A DNA stretch of 64,000 nt, taken from the NCBI GenBank assembly GCA_044356725.1, contig JBIKVS010000004.1, positions 28,494 through 92,493 on the forward strand, read 5' to 3'. The notes under the pieces were generated by a model. It was not told where the DNA came from. It saw nothing but the letters and a program-made list of their open reading frames with translations, and ran no database searches. Source of the stretch: Minisyncoccia bacterium (GTDB lineage Bacteria > Patescibacteriota > Minisyncoccia > SW-4-49-11). The position numbers and the translations under genes are program-made. Positions 58,781 to 64,000 of this stretch are shown here, piece after piece (position 1 is the first letter of the stretch; the number at the start of each line of letters is the position of its first letter).

Positions 58781-59155
58781 ACATAACTTTTGTCATAAAT
58801 TAACAAAAGTTAACAAGACTTGACAAAATTATTAAAAAGGTATAGATTAAATTTGCCTCCATTTTTCTGTGGAATGCCTTCAAATCGTCGTCACAAGATT
58901 AATCGCAAGGTCAGAAAAGCAATAACATATTGGGGTCTTAGTCAAAGATCCTGTGAAAATCGTATTTTTCAAAGAGCCAGAAGCTGGCCTCAACCAAGAA
59001 CAGGAAAATTAATTATTGATATGCCTGAGTCCACATAGCTCAATACAACAACTGAATACCCTCCCCTTCCACTCAGCCTCCGACAATCGGAGGCTTTGTA
59101 AATTTTATAGGTATTAATTTTCCCTCTGAGTTGGTGGGAGTGGATAAGAAGTCAT

Positions 59156-59197
59156 GTCCACCCTCCCCCTACGGGTACTCCCTCCGAAGGGAGACAG
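59156..59197. repeat. Family D repeat module (gtccaccctccccctacgggtactccctccgaagggagaca).
   Basis: Paired with 57075-57116. Confidence 0.8.
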
Positions 59198-59306
59198 AAT
59201 ATAAGATCCACCTCCTCCAACTACCTATGGAAGTTAAAAAGGAGGGCGGTTAGGTCAATGATATGTTATAATAAATAAATATATACATATTTAATAATAA
59301 AACTTT

Positions 59307-60887
59307 GTGACGGGCAAGCAATTAGATACTTATTTTGAGGATATTATTAGGGAGCGTGGGGAGCGGGCTTTATATAGTATTCAGGTTTTCTTGGCTCATA
59401 CTAAACCATCATATAGACAGGCTGCTCTGCGGGCTTTGATTAATTTCGAATGGTCTCGAGTGGGGGATTTAATTTTACCCTTATTGCAAGATTCGTCCTT
59501 ATTGGTAAAAAAAGAAGCGATTAGAACTTTATCTCATTTTCCAGAGGGTAGGGATTATTTGGTGCAAAATAAAAATGGTATTCCTGAATCTTTGGTTCAA
59601 TATGCTGATATTAAAATTAAAACTCCAAGTCTTGCCTCTGAGGTCTTGAGTGTTTCAGCTTTTATTCAACAAATCAACTCTATTATTGGAGAGCAAACTG
59701 TACAAATTGAGGGAGAGGTATCAGCTTTTCAAATGTCTAGTTTTGCCAATAATCAATGGGTGTTTTTTGACCTTAAAGATGAACAAAAAGAAGCTAAAAT
59801 TAGATGTTTTACGACTGTAGCTAATTTAAGAAAGTCTAGAATTTCACCTGTAGATGGTATGAGAATTATTGTCACTGGTAAGTCTCGTCTCTCTCCTAAA
59901 TCTGGTATTTTTAGTGTAATGGTAGATACTTTGGCTGTCTCAGGGGAGGGTGAATTAGCTAAGGCTTTTGAGCTATTGAAACAAAAGTTAGAGTTAGAAG
60001 GATTATTTAATGAAACTAGAAAGCGAGCGATTCCTGATATGCCACAAAAAATTGGGGTTATCACCTCTCAAGATGCGGCGGCTTATAAAGATTTTATGAA
60101 AGTTTTAGGTGCTAGGATGGGGGACTTAGAGTTATATTTTCATCATGCTCAGGTACAAGGTGAGCGAGCGGTGGATAGTATAATTAATGCTATTGATAAT
60201 CTTAACTCTTACCCAGAAATTGAGGTAATTGTATTAACTAGAGGTGGTGGAGCTATGGATGACTTGCATGCATTCAATGATGAAACTGTGGCTAGAGCTA
60301 TCTATAACTCGGCTAAACCTATTATTTCTGCGATTGGACATGAGCGAGATTTCACAATTGTAGATTTTGTGGCTGATATGAGAGCTTCTACTCCGTCTAA
60401 TGCGGCAGAACTATTAACTCCACATCGAGATGAATTACTGGCTAGTGTTACTCAAAAGGAAAGAATTATACAAAGCAGTATTCAATATCAGCTGCAGACA
60501 TTAATCTCTCAAATAGATCAAAATTTACATACATTAGAAAGATATATTCGTCGTACTTCAGACCAAGTGAAAATGGGTATTCAAAAATTAGAATACTTGA
60601 CTTTTCAGAAATTGAGTGAAATTCAACAATATCAACATCAAGTTGGGAATAATGTAAATCAGTTAGAAACTTTAATCTCGAACAATTTATCTCAATTTAA
60701 AAATAAATTAGCTTTATTACAATCTAAATTGGCGGCCTTTGACCCACAGTCTATTTTACAAAAAGGCTATAGTATTACTAAAATTTATGATAAAATTATA
60801 ACAGACAGTAAGCAGCTCAAGGAAGGAGATATACTTACAACTCAATTTCATAATGGTCAAATCAATAGCATAGTCACTAAAAAATAA
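59307..60887 (+). CDS. xseA: Exodeoxyribonuclease VII large subunit with an N-terminal extension of about 110 aa that looks like HEAT repeats; GTG start.
   Basis: OB fold from about residue 112 (IQQINSIIGEQTVQIEGEVSAFQ) and catalytic domain (VITSQDAAAYKDF…LTRGGGAMDDLHAFNDE…GHERDFTIVDFVADMRASTPSNAAE). N-terminal region …AALRALINFEWSRVGDLILPLLQDSSLLVKKEAIRTLSHF. Confidence 0.8.
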   Translation: MTGKQLDTYFEDIIRERGERALYSIQVFLAHTKPSYRQAALRALINFEWSRVGDLILPLLQDSSLLVKKEAIRTLSHFPEGRDYLVQNKNGIPESLVQYADIKIKTPSLASEVLSVSAFIQQINSIIGEQTVQIEGEVSAFQMSSFANNQWVFFDLKDEQKEAKIRCFTTVANLRKSRISPVDGMRIIVTGKSRLSPKSGIFSVMVDTLAVSGEGELAKAFELLKQKLELEGLFNETRKRAIPDMPQKIGVITSQDAAAYKDFMKVLGARMGDLELYFHHAQVQGERAVDSIINAIDNLNSYPEIEVIVLTRGGGAMDDLHAFNDETVARAIYNSAKPIISAIGHERDFTIVDFVADMRASTPSNAAELLTPHRDELLASVTQKERIIQSSIQYQLQTLISQIDQNLHTLERYIRRTSDQVKMGIQKLEYLTFQKLSEIQQYQHQVGNNVNQLETLISNNLSQFKNKLALLQSKLAAFDPQSILQKGYSITKIYDKIITDSKQLKEGDILTTQFHNGQINSIVTKK

Positions 60888-60888
60888 T

Positions 60889-61182
60889 ATGCGAATAAAT
60901 ACAGTCTTACAAAAAAAATATCCGGTTAGTTCGGATATGTATAATAAAGTTGAAAGCACTAAGGTTTGTATGTTGTATAATGAATTGGTGCAGACTTCTT
61001 TGGTAGATTTAAAAGCCTCAGAAGCAGTATCTATTCAAAATGGCTCTCTGGCAATAGTGGTTAATTCTAACTATGAAGCCCAAAAAATAAAACTATATGA
61101 ATTTGATATTATTCAAAGTTTAAATCAAGCGATTGATACTTTACAATTTCAAGTACAAAGATTACAAATTAGAATCAGATGA
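60889..61182 (+). CDS. Hypothetical protein (97 aa); it does not resemble XseB.
   Basis: ORF directly after xseA; no XseB-like helical motif. Confidence 0.35.
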   Translation: MRINTVLQKKYPVSSDMYNKVESTKVCMLYNELVQTSLVDLKASEAVSIQNGSLAIVVNSNYEAQKIKLYEFDIIQSLNQAIDTLQFQVQRLQIRIR

Positions 61183-61562
61183 AACAATTAATTAAATTGA
61201 AAAAAAATTTTATTCTACCAAGTGCTTATCTAGGTTTAATTATTACTTTCTGTATAGGAATGTTATTACTCATATTCAGAATACAGACACAGTACGCGGA
61301 TACTTTGATTAATTTAAGAGCAACTTTTTATGATGGAGTGACTGTCATAGGATCTCCTAATAATGTTTGGCAATATTTGATTTATGCTATTGTTTTTAGT
61401 GTGTTGAATGGATTTGCAATCTGGTATATTAAAAAAAGGTTTACTAAATCAGAAATTCAAGATATAATAGTTTACTGGATATTTGGTTCTAGTGCGTTAA
61501 CTTTAAGTTTATTAGTCTATTATTTATTTTTAGTTTTGGATATAAATAATATTGGTAGTTAA
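61179..61562 (+). CDS. Hypothetical membrane protein.
   Basis: 127 aa with four hydrophobic segments. It overlaps its neighbours by 4 bp, which implies an operon with the downstream glycosyltransferase. Confidence 0.4.
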   Translation: MKQLIKLKKNFILPSAYLGLIITFCIGMLLLIFRIQTQYADTLINLRATFYDGVTVIGSPNNVWQYLIYAIVFSVLNGFAIWYIKKRFTKSEIQDIIVYWIFGSSALTLSLLVYYLFLVLDINNIGS

Positions 61563-61564
61563 TT

Positions 61565-63094
61565 ATGTATATTTATCCTGACCCAAAAACTAATAATCCA
61601 ACGCAAAGATTTTGGCAAAGATTTTTTGAAATGTTACCAGCTATTCTAGCTTGGGGAACATTTATAGCTTTGATTGGACTATCTTTTGTGCTACCTTTTC
61701 AAGTAGCTCTATTTGTGTTGATTTTTGATTTATATTGGCTGTTTAAAGCTGTATATTTAAGTGTACATTTAATTGTAGCCTATAGACAAATGAAAAGAGA
61801 TATTCAGCTTGATTGGTTAGATAAGGCAAAGTCTCTCAAGGACTTTGATGAGATTAATCATATCGTGATGTTCTTGACTTATGATGAGTCTCCAGAGGTC
61901 CTAGCTCAAAGTGTTGAATCATTAGCTAAAATGGAATATCCTCTAGACAAGGTGCTTGTGGTGGTAGCTACAGAAGAGAGAGAAGGCAAAGCTAGAGAGA
62001 AAAAAGAAAAATATTTAATTAAAAAGTTTAAAGGAACATTCAGAGATTTTATTGTAACTACTCATCCAGATGGCATTGAAGGTGAGATGAAAGCTAAAGG
62101 AGCTAATGCAACTTATGCTGCTAAACAGATGAAGGAGTATTTGGGTCAGAAAAATATAGACCTAGACCGTACAGTTATCTCTGTTTTTGATAGTGATACT
62201 GTTGCTCATCCAAAATATTTTGCGGCTTTGACTTATCAATTCTTGACTGCAAAAAATCCTCATAAGCATAGTTATCAGCCATTACCAATGTATCATAATA
62301 ATATCTGGGATGCCCCTGCCTTTACTAGAGTGGTGGCAATTAGTTCTAGTTTTTGGCATATGATGGAATCAGTGAGATTTGATAGAATGGTAACATTTTC
62401 TAGTCACTCTATGAGCTTCAAAACTTTAGTAAAAGTGAACTATTGGCCAGTTAATATGGTCTCAGATGACTCAGTGATTTATTGGAAATGTGTTAATTAT
62501 TATAATGGAGACTATAGTGTAATCCCAATTCATATTCCTGTCTCTCTAGATGCAGTGCAGGCTCATAATCCAATACAGGCTTTCAAAAATCAATATTTTC
62601 AAATGCGTAGATGGGCTTATGGTATTGAAAATTTAGCTACGACTATGAGGTCTTATGCTATTAATTCCAAAGCACCTCTGGGCGACAGAATTCGTAGAAT
62701 TGGGAATATGATAGAGGGACATTATACTTGGGCAACCTCCGCCTTTATTCTGGCTATATTTATTTGGTTCCCAATTTGGTTTGGGGGAGATGCTTTTAAA
62801 GCCACAGTCTTTTCTAATAATTTACCTCAATACGCTAGTATAATTATGAATATAACTTTATTAGGATTAATAATTACGGCTTATATTAATATTTTATTAC
62901 TTCCGCCAAAGCCAAAGAGATATTCTGCTTGGCGAACTATTATGATGTATCTACAGTGGATATTTATTCCAGTAGTAGCTTTAGCTTTGGGAGCATTGCC
63001 AGCCTTAGAGGCTCAAACAAGGTTGTTCTTCGGTAAATATTTAGGATTCTGGGTCACTCCAAAGGTGCGTACTGATATTAAGTCTAAAAAATAG
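61565..63094 (+). CDS. GT2-family processive glycosyltransferase (cellulose-synthase-like).
   Basis: N-terminal TM helices, D/DxD region (VFDSDTV), QxxRW motif (FQMRRWAYG), C-terminal TM helices. Confidence 0.75.
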   Translation: MYIYPDPKTNNPTQRFWQRFFEMLPAILAWGTFIALIGLSFVLPFQVALFVLIFDLYWLFKAVYLSVHLIVAYRQMKRDIQLDWLDKAKSLKDFDEINHIVMFLTYDESPEVLAQSVESLAKMEYPLDKVLVVVATEEREGKAREKKEKYLIKKFKGTFRDFIVTTHPDGIEGEMKAKGANATYAAKQMKEYLGQKNIDLDRTVISVFDSDTVAHPKYFAALTYQFLTAKNPHKHSYQPLPMYHNNIWDAPAFTRVVAISSSFWHMMESVRFDRMVTFSSHSMSFKTLVKVNYWPVNMVSDDSVIYWKCVNYYNGDYSVIPIHIPVSLDAVQAHNPIQAFKNQYFQMRRWAYGIENLATTMRSYAINSKAPLGDRIRRIGNMIEGHYTWATSAFILAIFIWFPIWFGGDAFKATVFSNNLPQYASIIMNITLLGLIITAYINILLLPPKPKRYSAWRTIMMYLQWIFIPVVALALGALPALEAQTRLFFGKYLGFWVTPKVRTDIKSKK

Positions 63095-63097
63095 TTT

Positions 63098-64000
63098 ATG
63101 AATGAAATTAGGATAAAAGGAGCTAGAGTACATAATCTAAAGAATATAGACATTACTATTCCAAGAGATAAGCTTGTAGTTATCACAGGTCTATCTGGTT
63201 CTGGTAAATCCTCGCTTGCCTTTGATACTATTTATGCAGAGGGTCAGAGACGATATGTAGAAAGTTTATCAGCCTATGCTAGGCAGTTTTTAGGTATGAT
63301 GGACAAGCCTGACGTTGATGTGATAGAAGGTTTGTCTCCCGCTATTTCTATTGACCAGAAAAGTGTTTCTCGCAACCCACGATCTACTGTAGGTACGGTG
63401 ACCGAGATTTATGATTATTTAAGACTATTATATGCTCGAGTTGGTATACCATTTAATCCAGACACAGGAGAATTAATCCGAATGCAAGATGCCAAGCAAA
63501 TGGCAGATACTATTGCTAAATATAAAGATAAGCAAATTATAATTTTAGCTCCAGTAATTCGGGATAAAAAAGGAGAACATAAAGGTATTTTACAAAAAGC
63601 TTTTCAAGATGGATTTATGCGAGTTAGAGTAGATGGAATAATTTATCTAACAGAAGAAGCTTTAGAATTAAATCTAGATAAACAAAAAAAACACTCTATT
63701 GAATTAGTGATAGATAGACTTTTGGAACCATCTGGATTTGAAGGAGCTAGAGTTTTAGACTCAGTAGAAATAGCCCTTAGATTAGGGGAGGGAATGCTTA
63801 TAGTATCCGAAATTCTGGATAGGAATAAAAATCTATATCACGATGAGTTGATGAGTGAGAAATATATTATGGACTCAGGCGAGAGTTTTGGTGAATTAGA
63901 GACTAGAAATTTTTCTTTTAATAGTCCGCATGGAGCTTGTAATACTTGTGATGGTCTAGGATATACTCCAGAAATTTCACCAGACTTAGTGATCCCAAAT
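63098..64000 (+). CDS. uvrA: Excinuclease ABC subunit A; N-terminal 301 codons, continuing past the window end.
   Basis: [66 protein letters not shown]. Confidence 0.9.
   Translation, partial: MNEIRIKGARVHNLKNIDITIPRDKLVVITGLSGSGKSSLAFDTIYAEGQRRYVESLSAYARQFLGMMDKPDVDVIEGLSPAISIDQKSVSRNPRSTVGTVTEIYDYLRLLYARVGIPFNPDTGELIRMQDAKQMADTIAKYKDKQIIILAPVIRDKKGEHKGILQKAFQDGFMRVRVDGIIYLTEEALELNLDKQKKHSIELVIDRLLEPSGFEGARVLDSVEIALRLGEGMLIVSEILDRNKNLYHDELMSEKYIMDSGESFGELETRNFSFNSPHGACNTCDGLGYTPEISPDLVIPN

Noticed and set aside
58820-59038. A 72-aa plus-strand ORF.
   Set aside because: It lies in an intergenic stretch that leads into a repeat cluster. It is Arg-rich, low-complexity, and lacks a ribosome-binding site.
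60889-61182. The 97-aa ORF after xseA as XseB.
   Set aside because: The sequence lacks the XseB helical hairpin motif and is longer than typical XseB. It is kept as hypothetical.
1-64000. CRISPR arrays, rRNA genes, or transposase/integrase genes.
   Set aside because: None found by reading. The only periodic direct repeats are the 204-bp tandem pair and the duplicated cassette parts. No spacer-repeat architecture is present.

Overview
This is an AT-rich segment (about one-third GC by eye) of a small-genome bacterial chromosome that uses the standard genetic code. Conserved genes read through without in-frame stops. Most of the window is housekeeping. Gene calls, in order:
- typA/bipA.
- A yvcK-like gene, an O-antigen-ligase-like membrane protein, yraN and cfa.
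- mutS-mutL, an HrcA/CIRCE-controlled dnaJ, and nrdR.
- rpsO-pnp.
- The infA-rpmJ-rpsM-rpsK-rpsD-rpoA-rplQ block, followed by rplM-rpsI.
- rnhA.
- A suf Fe-S cluster (sufB, sufD, then sufS, sufU, sufC, sufT).
- zwf, ruvC, a short yebC-like gene, polA, efp, a GDSL hydrolase, a pyridine-nucleotide-disulfide oxidoreductase, xseA, a GT2 processive glycosyltransferase, and the 5' part of uvrA.

Five tRNAs are called: Leu-TAA (+ strand), Leu-TAG (- strand), and a Lys-TTT/Tyr-GTA/Thr-TGT cluster (- strand).

Four non-housekeeping regions, most interesting first:
- 32.4-39.2 kb, next to the three-tRNA cluster: six genes encoding four ATP-grasp (RimK-like) peptide ligases, one fused to a retropepsin-like domain, plus a multi-pass membrane protein and a DUF1704/QEGLA-type HExxH zincin. 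I read this as a candidate peptide/protein C-terminal tailing-and-trimming system.
- tRNA-Leu(TAA) locus: the last 23 nt of the tRNA are repeated about 150 bp downstream, in the manner of an integration footprint. Two unrelated small ORFs follow, each wrapped in a nearly identical promoter-leader and a nearly identical terminator. A third copy of that promoter drives a GC-rich small ORF just upstream of dnaJ.
- Window start: a GC-rich island carrying a 204-bp tandem duplication.
- Intergenic DNA throughout: a mosaic family of GC-rich hairpin repeat modules, plus a 16-22 bp perfect palindrome TGTTCCACGTGGAACA that occurs three times.

I found no CRISPR array, no rRNA, and no recognisable transposase or integrase.
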